A stretch of 64,000 nucleotides of DNA from an uncultured Chlamydiales bacterium. GTDB taxonomy: Bacteria > Chlamydiota > Chlamydiia > Chlamydiales > FEN-1388. The notes below the pieces were generated by a model. It saw nothing but the letters and a program-made list of their open reading frames with translations. It did no database searches and had not been told where the DNA came from. Within the stretch, counting starts at the first letter, position 1. Each line of letters begins with the position of its first letter. This document shows, one piece after another, positions 1-9,992 of the stretch. Location: the NCBI GenBank assembly GCA_963826935.1, contig CAWGYH010000005.1:704608-768607 (forward strand). Reading direction: 5' to 3'. The position numbers and the translations under genes are program-made.

Positions 1-647
1 CTGCTGCACAACAAGTCATTAAAGAGTGTCGAGAGCGCAAAATAAAACTATTTATTATCCCTTTGGAGACTACTCAAGATCCCTTATGGACAGCTAGTGA
101 GACTAAGATCCTCGATAGCATGGCTAAAATGGACAATGTCTTTGCCGCTCAGATGGAATCGGTGAGTAAAGAAATCCCTCGCGTGTGGGCCCGTCGCTGT
201 CCTCCGGGCACCTATTACCTTAATGACCCGCATAATCCCCTTAATTTGCCCGACTTTTATTCTGCTGAAAACGTCGACGGATTAATCGGCAATGGCGGCG
301 AGTTTATACAAAACAGTACTACTCCCGAGAACGAAAGATCTATCTACATCATCAGCATACCGCAAGAAAAAAAGGCCGCCTTTTGGGGCGCCAACTTGAA
401 GCCGCTTGAAAAATTTAACTGCCCTCCAGGCTCAAATGTAAGCGCCTGCCAGCCCGACACTTTCTTGACCACTTTTTTAGAAATAGCTATTCCTGCAGGC
501 GTAGGTCTAGTTGGCTTGACAGTAGTTGGTGTTATTATCTATAAAAAAAGGGCTCTAAAGGGCATTGAGGAAAAAGGACGCCTGCTTGCGTCGGCACTTG
601 ATCAACAGAAGCAGCGGGCGCCGGACGCGAAGAGCTTTTATCCATAG
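1..647 (+). CDS. hypothetical membrane-anchored protein, 5' end outside window
   Basis: The frame of the listed 63..647 ORF stays open back to base 3 (AAQQVIKECRERKIKLF...), so the gene probably starts upstream of the window. C-terminal hydrophobic helix IAIPAGVGLVGLTVVGVIIY followed by KKR. No recognisable family. Confidence 0.4.
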   Translation, partial: AAQQVIKECRERKIKLFIIPLETTQDPLWTASETKILDSMAKMDNVFAAQMESVSKEIPRVWARRCPPGTYYLNDPHNPLNLPDFYSAENVDGLIGNGGEFIQNSTTPENERSIYIISIPQEKKAAFWGANLKPLEKFNCPPGSNVSACQPDTFLTTFLEIAIPAGVGLVGLTVVGVIIYKKRALKGIEEKGRLLASALDQQKQRAPDAKSFYP

Positions 648-691
648 GCCGCATACAAGCGTTAGAGCAAACTCAAGATAGGAGGATCGCG

Positions 692-2393
692 ATGAAGAGG
701 AGCACCCATATCAAAACATGCTGTATCGCCATACTGATTGGCATTTTTACAACAAGCTTTGCTTTGCAGGCAAAGAGCCCAAAAGCACCTGCCAGCAAGG
801 TAGCGTGCGCTCGCGTGCAACTTAAATACTCCCTTCTTCGCCTTGAAAAGATGGCTATAGGAACGAACGACTCTCAAATACAAGAGGTTATTTCTTATGC
901 TCGCACGGTGCTTCAAGCGGGCTGCAAGACCAAGTGTAAAAAAATAAAAAAGGCTCTTCAGGATACGCTTAGCGCAATAAACTACCTTAACCAGCTACAA
1001 ACGAGCCCCCCATCACAGCCAAGTGAAATGAGCCTTGTTGCGCAGCATTTTTCACAAATTCAAGATGAAATGGGCAATATCCTCACAACATTAAAAGAAA
1101 ATAGTGCCTACGATTTGCCCACGCCCATAATTTTTGTCCCTTTCACCATTACAAGCCCCGGAAAATACTATGTCTTGAGAAACCTTACCTACAATGGCAC
1201 GCAGGCAGCAATTACCATTAATGCAGATAATGTCTACCTCGACTTTTTAAACAACTCCCTCACGCTTACAAATCAAAGCGGAGCAGCCATTCTTGCTCAA
1301 GGTGTAAAGGAGTTTACCCTCGCTGATGGCTCCATTCGTGCAGCCTCTACAAACCCGACAGTGTCGCTAGTAGGCGTACAAAAAGCTGCTATTAGCAATA
1401 TCTACGTTTCAAACAGCTCTACTGCCATTGCAGTTTCAGGATCTTCCGGTCTTCATATAGACAACTCCTATCTGTCAGGAGCTGGAATAGACATTAATGC
1501 CTCGCAAGCTATTGCAATCAACGGCTGCAGCTTTCAAGGCGCAAATGGACAGTCCAATGCCCTCTTAATACGGGGAGCATCCCAGCATATTGCCGTAAGC
1601 GACAGCACCTTTAACAACTGGCAAAATGCAATTTTTGCAAACCAGGTATCGGGACTGCAGATTGAAGAGTGCCTTGTAAAGGGATCGCACGTGGCGCCCG
1701 GGCCGCTTCTTGTCCTTGGCACAGCAAACAGCCCGGCAAATACCATTCAGATACGCAATACAACTTTTGAACAGCAAGCCCCCACTGTTGGCCAAGATGG
1801 CCTTCTTTTTGTTAACGGCTCCGGCTGCCAATTAGAAAATGTTCTTGTAGATGTTGCGACAGGCCATACAGAAAGCTATCAGCCAGCTGCTATTCATGTA
1901 GGCGCATACGACACGCTTTTGGTCAAAAGCTGCATTGTAAAAGGGCCAAACGAATATGGCCTTTATCTAGAAAAGAGTACACATGCTAGCTGCATAGACT
2001 GCCAGTTTACAGATGCCACTGTTGCAAATCTGTTTCTATCCGGCACAGCAGGCTCTGTAATTAAAGGATGCAAGGTCTCTGATGCTAGTAGGAAGCGGCA
2101 TTCTTCTTGCAGATGGAGCAACCGGCAATGCCGTGGTCGATTGCGAAATCAACAACAACGGACAAAATGGCATAAGTGTTGACGCAGATTCCCCAAACAA
2201 CCTTGTTTTAAAGAATAATGTGTATAGCAACGCGAATTATGGCATAGATAACAGCGATGCTACAACATCGACCTTATTTAACATCTCTTGCAGCAACGGC
2301 GTCTCTGACTGCCCTGCAGGCGGCGTTACCCCGCAGCAGGCGCCGGGAGTGGCAGCGCTAGTGCCGGGATCTAACATCTGCTGCATCCCATAA
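692..2393 (+). pseudogene. secreted right-handed beta-helix repeat protein, disrupted by a +1 frameshift near 2082-2100
   Basis: ORFs 692..2182 and 2082..2393 together are colinear with the intact paralog 2411..3859. Shared features: signal-like N-terminus (CCIAILIGIFTTSFALQA), the PGKY.V...L.Y.GT.AAIT core, N/S/G-rich beta-helix-type units, and the C-terminal GSNICCIP end (paralog: GANICCEP), which lies in the second ORF only. Confidence 0.6.
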
Positions 2394-2410
2394 ACAGAGG
2401 AAATATTCTT

Positions 2411-3859
2411 ATGAAAATCCTACATATCTTTTGCGCATTGACCCTCTGGGTCCCTCTCTACAGCACCTCATTAGATGTTGAAGAGCAATTTCGAGCCATC
2501 ACGCAGCAATTTTCTGAAGTTGAGGGGGCGCTTTCCGTATCAATGCCCGTCAGAACTACGCTTTTTGTAAGCCAGGCGCCTCTTGTCATCAGTGAGCCGG
2601 GCAAATATAACGTCATTTCAGATCTAGTCTATGGCGGAACTGGCGCTGCCATAACCGTTACCTCCGATAATGTCTCGATCAACTTTCATAGACACAGCCT
2701 TACTTTGCAAAACAGCAATGCAACAGGCATCCTTGTGCACAATGTTAATAACTTTACCCTTGAAAATAGCATTATTGAAGGATCAGCTACAACTGCTTTG
2801 CAACTACAACAGGTAGCAAACGCAAGCGTAAACAGCCTCTACGCAAGGGGCTGCCAAACAGCCGTCCAGATTACAAACTCGCAACAGGTCCAAATTTCTT
2901 ATTCGCAGTTTGAAGATGGCACAGGGCTTAGTATCGACAGCTCATCTCACGTTGCTCTAGACAGCTCCACCCTTTCCGGAAATAACGCCGACTACGGCGT
3001 GCATATTACTGGGACATCTGAAGACATAGCTCTTACTGAGTCAAGTTTTATAAACTTTCTTTCGGCTATCTGTGCGCTACAGGTTGATGGCCTGCTTGTA
3101 GATCACTGCCAGGCAACTTCGGCGGCCAGCAACGCGCTAAACCTCGTACAACTTGGTTCCACAGTATCTGAAAGCAATGCCAACGATGTCATCATCAAAA
3201 ATTCAACCTTCACACAGCTAGAGGCGATAACAGGTTTTGACGGCATACTCATCCTTGCAGGCTCAAGCTGCTTCTTAGAAAACCTTATAGTTGACAGCTC
3301 ATCGCAAGATCCTGCGCAAGGCGCGCTGCCGTCCGCTGTCCATATTGGCTATCAAGACATAAGCGCCTATGAAAACCTCATAGCAAAAAACTGCATCTTC
3401 AAAGGCAAAAATGGACGATCTGTCTTTATTGAAAATGGACAAAAAATCATCATTGATAGCTGCCAGATATCCAACGCTTCCCTCTATAACCTCCAGATGC
3501 AAAACGCCACGAGCTGCACCGTAAAAAACTGCATGATCTTTGACGGCGACACAGGCGTCTACATCGATAACAGCGCAGGCGGCGGCAATAACAGCGTAAA
3601 AGAGTGCTTTATTGCAAACAATACAACCTGCGGCATCAACGTGTTAGATATGGCCAAAAACAGCATTCTAGCAAATAGCGTCTGGGGCAGCCAAACAGGC
3701 ATACAGATAGCCTACAGCCTCTATACAGAATCCTTTTATAACACAGCCTGCAACAATAGCGAGCAAAACTGCTCTAACGTCTACCCAAGCCAGCTGCCCG
3801 GCGGCACGCCGCCCGGCACACCCCTTGTCGCCGGCGCCAACATCTGCTGCGAGCCCTGA
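2411..3859 (+). CDS. secreted right-handed beta-helix repeat protein (intact paralog of 692..2393)
   Basis: Signal-like N-terminus MKILHIFCALTLWVPLYSTS. Repetitive units rich in N, S, G, I and V, as in parallel beta-helix/pectate-lyase-fold proteins. Clear paralogy to the upstream gene. Confidence 0.65.
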   Translation: MKILHIFCALTLWVPLYSTSLDVEEQFRAITQQFSEVEGALSVSMPVRTTLFVSQAPLVISEPGKYNVISDLVYGGTGAAITVTSDNVSINFHRHSLTLQNSNATGILVHNVNNFTLENSIIEGSATTALQLQQVANASVNSLYARGCQTAVQITNSQQVQISYSQFEDGTGLSIDSSSHVALDSSTLSGNNADYGVHITGTSEDIALTESSFINFLSAICALQVDGLLVDHCQATSAASNALNLVQLGSTVSESNANDVIIKNSTFTQLEAITGFDGILILAGSSCFLENLIVDSSSQDPAQGALPSAVHIGYQDISAYENLIAKNCIFKGKNGRSVFIENGQKIIIDSCQISNASLYNLQMQNATSCTVKNCMIFDGDTGVYIDNSAGGGNNSVKECFIANNTTCGINVLDMAKNSILANSVWGSQTGIQIAYSLYTESFYNTACNNSEQNCSNVYPSQLPGGTPPGTPLVAGANICCEP

Positions 3860-3879
3860 TATGCCTCAGGCCTGCCGTT

Positions 3880-4920
3880 CTATCGTTGCCGCCCTTCAAG
3901 TAGGCGCATGTAGGCGCTCTCTGGATCGCTTGATACATCGATTGCAGAGCAGTGCTGCATGCCGCGATCGGTAAACCCGAGTTTTTCATAAAATGGCTCA
4001 GAAGCGCCTGTGGGCTGTAAACTTATACGGGTGCATCCCCGTTCCATGGTTGTCTTAGCTAGGTGCTGCATCAGCGATGTGGCAGCACCCCAGCCTGTTT
4101 TATCGCGGGGATCATCTGGCATCTGAGCAAGATATTTATCAACCTCGGCGTGGGCTGGTCCCGGTTTGTCCGGTTCTACGTTTTTCTTATACTGTTCAAA
4201 GTCCTTTCGGAGCGACCGCGTGATATTCCAGGGCGCATTTGCGATGCGGTCAACCCATAAACTCTTGCCTTTTTCGCCTGCAATAGCAATGGCCTGCAGA
4301 TTGCCCTTTTCATCATAGACGCCATGCAAGAGCGAAAGAAAGTCAGTCGCTCCTGGGAAGTTGTCTTGCAAGGTCTTTCTATCAAAGTCTTGAAGGTCAT
4401 TATTTAAAATATTTTTGGCAATTCTTGCAAACTCCATCGCATACATGGTGTCGCTTTTTGCTGTCTCAAGCCGACCCTGCAATCGATCCCTTTGAGCACG
4501 TGCAAAAAGCCCTATTCTGCGGCCGCCTCTTGTAGTTGGCACCGGCTGCACCATTTTTTCATAAGGTGGCGGATCGTACTCGGACCATTTCTCCAGCTGC
4601 TGGAGAAAGCGCAGCTTTTGTACGGGATCATTCTTGAGGTTGCCAATAGGCTCAAAATGAAGAGAGCCCCGCGGCCGGCTGCCGGGAAGAAGAACAGGCT
4701 CAGCTACATTGCAAACGGCCGTTTCTTTCGGTAGCAGGGGAGCCTCAGGTAATGGGGTAGAGATGCGCCGTCCTTCCCGGGGAGAAGCTGCTTCTTGCTT
4801 GGCAACGTTTTCCTTAAAAACTTGCGCGCTTTTCTCCTCTAGGACACGCCCATGAAGCACCTCTGGCTCTTGAGTGGAGCCTTCATCAGATGGCCTATAG
4901 CCTGTAATACCATTTTCCAT
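3880..4920 (-). CDS. Pro-rich N-terminal region fused to a GNAT-like acetyltransferase domain
   Basis: The C-terminal part has RDKTGWGAATSLMQHL (R-x-x-G-x-G/A acetyl-CoA motif) and ASEPFYEKLGFTD (typical GNAT end). The N-terminal ~100 aa are low-complexity and Pro-rich. Confidence 0.45.
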   Translation of the reverse strand: MENGITGYRPSDEGSTQEPEVLHGRVLEEKSAQVFKENVAKQEAASPREGRRISTPLPEAPLLPKETAVCNVAEPVLLPGSRPRGSLHFEPIGNLKNDPVQKLRFLQQLEKWSEYDPPPYEKMVQPVPTTRGGRRIGLFARAQRDRLQGRLETAKSDTMYAMEFARIAKNILNNDLQDFDRKTLQDNFPGATDFLSLLHGVYDEKGNLQAIAIAGEKGKSLWVDRIANAPWNITRSLRKDFEQYKKNVEPDKPGPAHAEVDKYLAQMPDDPRDKTGWGAATSLMQHLAKTTMERGCTRISLQPTGASEPFYEKLGFTDRGMQHCSAIDVSSDPESAYMRLLEGRQR

Positions 4921-5009
4921 AAATCCCTCTAATACTATCTTAAAATATTAAAACTATAATTAGCAATATTTTAAATGGTAAAGTAGTGGGATTTAGTCCC
5001 ATTCTTTTC

Positions 5010-5553
5010 ACCCCTGGCCTGGGCTGTCAAAAGTTTCAAAATTTCGGGGTAAAAAGCAATTTGATTGTTTGTCCATAAGTGTTCCATCATCCTGCCTATC
5101 CCATACATATAACTCCAAAAAAAAACAACTAGAGCATTAATTGTTAATACATTGAGAATATTGATAGGCTTGAGACATACTTACGAACCCCTTTTCTATT
5201 AAGAAAACAACAGGATCCGCTGCGCTTGCAGGATCGGGCAGGATAAAATAGTTAAAGAGCATTAATAACAAATCAAAATGATAATAATGATAAAACGATA
5301 AGAACGATAAAATTAGAAAACTAATGTTGTATTTTTCTTTTTTTATCGTTCTTATCGTTTAATCGTTCTTACCGTTTTGTATTTATCCTGCGGATCCTGT
5401 TTAAATTATTAATAAACAACTACTTAAAATCACTGTTTGCTCTTAGTCTGATGCGTATGGGATAAGCAGGATGCTGGAAGAGATTTAGACACATTATTAA
5501 AAACGTCTTTATATTGAAATTTTAGACTTTTTGACAGCCCACCCCTGGCCGGG
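5010..5553. repeat. about 545-bp nested imperfect palindrome (MITE-like element)
   Basis: Four concentric arm pairs. Each left arm matches the reverse complement of its right arm: gggctgtcaaaagtttcaaaatttc (5021..5046, right arm 5515..5540); ttccatcatcctgcctatcccatac (5083..5107, right arm 5453..5478); aacaggatccgc...gcaggataaaa (5209..5248, right arm 5382..5402); aaacgataagaacgataaaa (5292..5311, right arm about 5340..5362). Centre near 5325. Confidence 0.7.
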
Positions 5554-5572
5554 CCGGACTCTTTTACTTTTT

Positions 5573-6688
5573 TTATAGATACTGAAAGAATCTTTTAGCT
5601 TCTACTATTTCAATGCCATTACGAACTTCTTGAGTGCGCAGGTGCTTTACCACTTGAAATGCAGCAAACTTATACTTTTTATGAAAATACAAAAGGCCTT
5701 TTCCGGGGCTATTGTCAGAAACTTTTGCCTCAATCATTACTTGAATCTGGTTATCTTTAACAAGGGCAAAATCCACTTCGTCACCCTCTTTTGTTTTAAG
5801 ATAATGTAATGAATAGGGCTCTGCCTCGTAATCAATTTTCATTAACGTGTGTTTCAAAAGACACAAAGCTGAAAAATTTTCGAATTTAGCGCCCTCATCT
5901 CCATTCACAAGGCCTGTATCAAAAAAATAGATTTTCGGCTCTTTGGCAATGCTGCGGGCAATATTTTTAGAAAATGGGGTAATTTTAAAAACAATAAAAA
6001 GAGCTTCTAGAATTTGGATATATTTCTTTACAGTATTGGGGGCAATACCTATATCTTCAGCCAAAGATGAATAAGATATGGAAGAGCCAACTTTTTTCCT
6101 TAAGAGCTCAAATAACAGCTGCATGGAATTCAAATTATGGATGTTTTCAAAGTCCAAAACATCCGTTCTAATAAGGCTATCAATATACTGCATTCTCCAA
6201 CGCTTAGCATCTATTGGACTCTCATCCAAGTAGGGCTCAGGAAAACCGCCTCTTTCTATTAGTCTTTCCACATTAGGTTCCATGCCAACTTTAAAAAGCT
6301 CTGAAGGACTTAATGGTAAAAGACGATGTAAAAAAAACCTTCCTGCTAATGAGTCACCCACTTTGTTGAAGGTTTCTAAACGCGCACTTCCGGTAACTAA
6401 TATTTTAAGATGTTTGGGTTTAGTATCATAAATGCCCTTCAGGTAATTTTTCCATTTTGGCATTTTATGAATTTCATCAAGTATGAGCAGCTGTGTAGAG
6501 GGATGCCAGGATTCGGCCTTAATAATTTTCCTATCTTCAAGGCGGTCATAGTTAAGGTAAACAGTAGGTGAAAAAAGCGTGCCTATTTCATTAGCTAAAG
6601 TGGTTTTACCCGCTTGCCTAGGCCCCGCAAGAAGCACCATTTTTTTGTCTAAATCACGCACTATGGCATTTTTTTGAAATCTTTCCAT
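5573..6688 (-). CDS. AAA+ ATPase, AAA_14/DUF4143-type
   Basis: Walker A LLAGPRQAGKTTL and Walker B LILDEIH. Length and C-terminal region fit the widespread ATPase-plus-DUF4143 architecture. Confidence 0.8.
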   Translation of the reverse strand: MERFQKNAIVRDLDKKMVLLAGPRQAGKTTLANEIGTLFSPTVYLNYDRLEDRKIIKAESWHPSTQLLILDEIHKMPKWKNYLKGIYDTKPKHLKILVTGSARLETFNKVGDSLAGRFFLHRLLPLSPSELFKVGMEPNVERLIERGGFPEPYLDESPIDAKRWRMQYIDSLIRTDVLDFENIHNLNSMQLLFELLRKKVGSSISYSSLAEDIGIAPNTVKKYIQILEALFIVFKITPFSKNIARSIAKEPKIYFFDTGLVNGDEGAKFENFSALCLLKHTLMKIDYEAEPYSLHYLKTKEGDEVDFALVKDNQIQVMIEAKVSDNSPGKGLLYFHKKYKFAAFQVVKHLRTQEVRNGIEIVEAKRFFQYL

Positions 6689-6786
6689 ATTGACTATTAT
6701 GCACTAGAATGCATTTTAGTCAAGACTATTCCGCATTAGCTTGCGGAATAGTCAAAAATGGAGACAGCCTTGTGGATAAATTACAC

Positions 6787-8214
6787 TTATGCACGGTGTG
6801 ACTGGTCACACAGTCGATTAGCCACTGGTGCGGCCTCAAGGTTAGCAGGTAATGGATGCGCTCGGCTTAACGGCGAATTTGCATGCATCTCCCACTCTTC
6901 ACAAAGAGGACGACCTTCCCCAGGTACATACTTATTAAGACCCTCGTTCAAAAAGTAGTCGAGTGTATAAGAAAGAGAATTTCTTTCGGGGGCGCCAAAA
7001 GTGGGTATTATTCGCTGCATAAATTCGTCTAACTCATCCCATGGTTTTCCATGAGCACCTGGCATACCATGCACAGCACGAAGCCTTGCAAGCATACAGT
7101 TGAACGCTGGACGGTATGTTGGTAGATATGCATTCATAAGAGTGTTCATGGCTGCCTCAAGCTTAGGTCTTTTTTTGGATATAAAAGCCTCTTCAATCTC
7201 TGACAGGCAGTCGTATAAACCGTTGGGAGCATTCTGCACTTGTTGGGTTACTTCTGAATATGCCATTGGTTGCGCTATTGCTCCTTTAAGTTGTTTAAGA
7301 AAGCGAGAGTATTCCTCCACAGCAGCGATGATTAGTTGTCCGCACCTTTCAGACGTGTTCCATCGTTCATTACGGACACATTCATCGGCACGACCTGTTC
7401 TTATAGTTTCTGCTAAGTATTTCCATAGAATTTGTGCGCGATTTAGCTTGGCCATCCATTCTTCTTTTTTTCCTTTATTGTCACCAGCCTCAAGTGGTGG
7501 TATCGCGCATAAGGCCCAGCTTGCTTTTGAGAGGGCCACATGCCATGCGTATAAGCTAAATTGATTGATAGATGGATCAGGAAGCATGCGGCACGCTTTT
7601 TTTATCAATCCCAGATCCAAAGTTTCAAGTGATTTAAGAAGGAACATGAGATGATTGTTTGGAGATGGCGTACCATCTTTTTCTCTATTTGGGATAGATG
7701 CGATCAGCCGCAAGCCATCTACTTGTCCTTCTGTAGGAGGGGTCATGCGAGGAGCGTCGCCAAAGAAGTGCCGAAGGATGGCTCCAACCTTCGCATCGGT
7801 CCAGTTAGTTGCAAACGCCGCTCTAATCTCATTTGCTTGGGCACTTCTTGCCAGAGGTTGTGACAACATAGTCTCTTCCACTGCTACCTTTGGCTGAGGA
7901 GTTGACCATACACTTCCTATAGAAGCTGTTATTACTTTAACACTGCTGGCGAAGGATTGTATCCACGTTGTCTTAGGAGTTAATTGAAACCTTTCCATAA
8001 GTGCTCTTATTACTTCAAGACCTTCTGGTGTGCAGCCAACACGTTTTTCAAAAAATGGATAATATTTTGCAAAGGTATCTTTGCATGCAAGGGAAAGGTT
8101 GAGAACTTCATCTGTTTTTAAGTGACTAATAAGTTGTTTTGCCACGTCACGAGGTTGGTCAGCAAGTGGAGTGGGTTGAGATGTTATGTGTAACACTTTG
8201 CCTGCGGGTTGCAT
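6787..8214 (-). CDS. hypothetical protein with F-box-like N-terminus
   Basis: 475-aa ORF. N-terminal DVAKQLISHLKTDEVLNLSLACKDTFAKYY fits the F-box pattern (L..il..L....L..l..vcK.f). The rest is unassignable. Confidence 0.4.
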   Translation of the reverse strand: MQPAGKVLHITSQPTPLADQPRDVAKQLISHLKTDEVLNLSLACKDTFAKYYPFFEKRVGCTPEGLEVIRALMERFQLTPKTTWIQSFASSVKVITASIGSVWSTPQPKVAVEETMLSQPLARSAQANEIRAAFATNWTDAKVGAILRHFFGDAPRMTPPTEGQVDGLRLIASIPNREKDGTPSPNNHLMFLLKSLETLDLGLIKKACRMLPDPSINQFSLYAWHVALSKASWALCAIPPLEAGDNKGKKEEWMAKLNRAQILWKYLAETIRTGRADECVRNERWNTSERCGQLIIAAVEEYSRFLKQLKGAIAQPMAYSEVTQQVQNAPNGLYDCLSEIEEAFISKKRPKLEAAMNTLMNAYLPTYRPAFNCMLARLRAVHGMPGAHGKPWDELDEFMQRIIPTFGAPERNSLSYTLDYFLNEGLNKYVPGEGRPLCEEWEMHANSPLSRAHPLPANLEAAPVANRLCDQSHRA

Positions 8215-8368
8215 ACTATTGCCTCTTTTATTTATTTTAAAGCGTTATTATAAAATATTGAAATAATTTTTGTCAATTAGCGGATTTGTTTATAAAACAG
8301 GTCGCGTAACTATTGATTGAAAAGTAATCACCGGCATGATAAATTTTTTATAAAAAGGATTGTTTTCT

Positions 8369-9982
8369 ATGATAGTACCGGCGACTTTGGCTCAAGTAAC
8401 TCGATCTCAAGTGCCATTATTACAAGAAGGGCGCCCTCTTTGGGAACAGGCTGTTACTGACTCTGCAAAGTATTCTGCAGCGCTTAATGTAACAAGCGGG
8501 GACTTAGAGGTAATAGAGGCTAATATCCAAAATATTAGTATTAGAGGAGCCGATAGATCTGGGTTTTTAGTTTTTAGTATAGAAGGCAAGGATTTTTTGC
8601 TTTTTACCCAAAAGACCAGTTTGCCATATTATGACCAAAACCAAAATTCGCCCTACCTCCTTTATGCTGTTTGTGTGAATGATCCAGAACTTAACAGAGT
8701 AGAAGGAAAGAGATCAGCGTTTATTACCTGTGTTCCAGAAAAATGGTGTGAGGCCATTGTTCGAGAACTTCCAAAATATCAAAAAGACTTACGAACCCTT
8801 TTGACAGCGACAACAGAACGAAATTCCAGGCTCTGGAATACGACACAGTATCATTCTGAACAGTTATGTGAGGCTTTAGGCGTATCTACTAACGACCTTG
8901 AGTCAATCAATACCTATTTGCAGACCCATAACCAAAGAGAGGGTCGGGCATTTTATGATGTGGCATTAGGTGAGAAGCATTTTGAGCTCATAACAGATAA
9001 CATTTGCGGACACCATTATGGTGGAAAGTGGAAACGTCTCATCCAGGTATTGTGCACAAATGATCCCTCTCTCAATGAAGAAACAGGGCAGCACACAATT
9101 GCCCTCGTTGTAATTCCGGAACTCTGGCACAAGGCACTTCTTGAACATATCAAAAGCATAAATTATAAAGAGACCCTGCGACAGCGGCTTGTTTCTGCTA
9201 TGACGAAAGCAAGCAAGCTGTGGAGTGAGGCGTGCAGCCATTCAAACGATATTGTCAACAAATTAGATTTTACTACGAATGACTTAAAAGTTATTGAATA
9301 TTTTATACAGCCACGATTGAGTTGCTATCCAAGACTTGATGATTATGCAAGTAACTGCTTTTTAACGGTTACGATAGAGGGTAAAATCTTCGGTTTATTT
9401 GCCGCACACACATGTGGGTATAGGGGGGAGTGGAGATCTCTTGTTCAGGTTGTCTCTATAAGTGATTCAGATCTCAATGAGGGCACGGGCGGTGGCACCA
9501 TGTTAGTTAATGTGATTTCTCAAAAATGGCATCAGGCTATTCTCAAAAAATTAGAAACAGCTGATATTAAAGGCTACTTTAAACAACGAATTGCTAATAT
9601 TATCGAAAGAAATGCTCAAATCTGGAAACAAACAAAAAGACACTCCGACGATTTTTGCCAAAAACTTAGGGTGACGCCTGAGAAGTTTCGCGAGTTTATC
9701 CAATTGGTAACAAGAGATAATTCTGTACTTCCCTTTACCTTCAGAGGCAAAGAATTTCAAATATCTTCTAGTACTGTTGTTGCTGACGAATATGGTGATT
9801 ACTACACCCATGTAATTATGGTTGCGTGCAAAACCGACCAATCGCTCAACAACTCGACGGGATTTGGAACAACGTTTATTACGGCCCTAGATGAAGAGTG
9901 GCATCAAGCAATGCTCAATCAACTTGATAGAAAGCCTGTGTATCGCGATGCACTTATGCCAAATACTAAGTATCTTGAATAG
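8369..9982 (+). CDS. hypothetical protein built from four tandem ~125-135-aa repeats
   Basis: Each unit carries: T..DL..IE..IQ; a GK.F.L(F) strand; C/S..D..LNE.TG; W(H/C).A(I/L)L..L; and a following helix ending LW/IW (SRLWNTTQYHSEQLCEAL, SKLWSEACSHSNDIVNKL, AQIWKQTKRHSDDFCQKL). ATG at 8369 is preceded by aaaaagga; the track starts at TTG 8360. Confidence 0.6.
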   Translation: MIVPATLAQVTRSQVPLLQEGRPLWEQAVTDSAKYSAALNVTSGDLEVIEANIQNISIRGADRSGFLVFSIEGKDFLLFTQKTSLPYYDQNQNSPYLLYAVCVNDPELNRVEGKRSAFITCVPEKWCEAIVRELPKYQKDLRTLLTATTERNSRLWNTTQYHSEQLCEALGVSTNDLESINTYLQTHNQREGRAFYDVALGEKHFELITDNICGHHYGGKWKRLIQVLCTNDPSLNEETGQHTIALVVIPELWHKALLEHIKSINYKETLRQRLVSAMTKASKLWSEACSHSNDIVNKLDFTTNDLKVIEYFIQPRLSCYPRLDDYASNCFLTVTIEGKIFGLFAAHTCGYRGEWRSLVQVVSISDSDLNEGTGGGTMLVNVISQKWHQAILKKLETADIKGYFKQRIANIIERNAQIWKQTKRHSDDFCQKLRVTPEKFREFIQLVTRDNSVLPFTFRGKEFQISSSTVVADEYGDYYTHVIMVACKTDQSLNNSTGFGTTFITALDEEWHQAMLNQLDRKPVYRDALMPNTKYLE

Positions 9983-9992
9983 CGCCTAAAAA

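Noticed and set aside
2370-2393. C-terminal CCIP / CCEP read as a eukaryotic CaaX prenylation box
   Set aside because: The residues after the Cys are not aliphatic in the usual sense and the final residue is Pro. The proteins also have Sec-type signal peptides, which makes cytosolic host prenylation unlikely. The motif is kept only as an unexplained conserved terminus.
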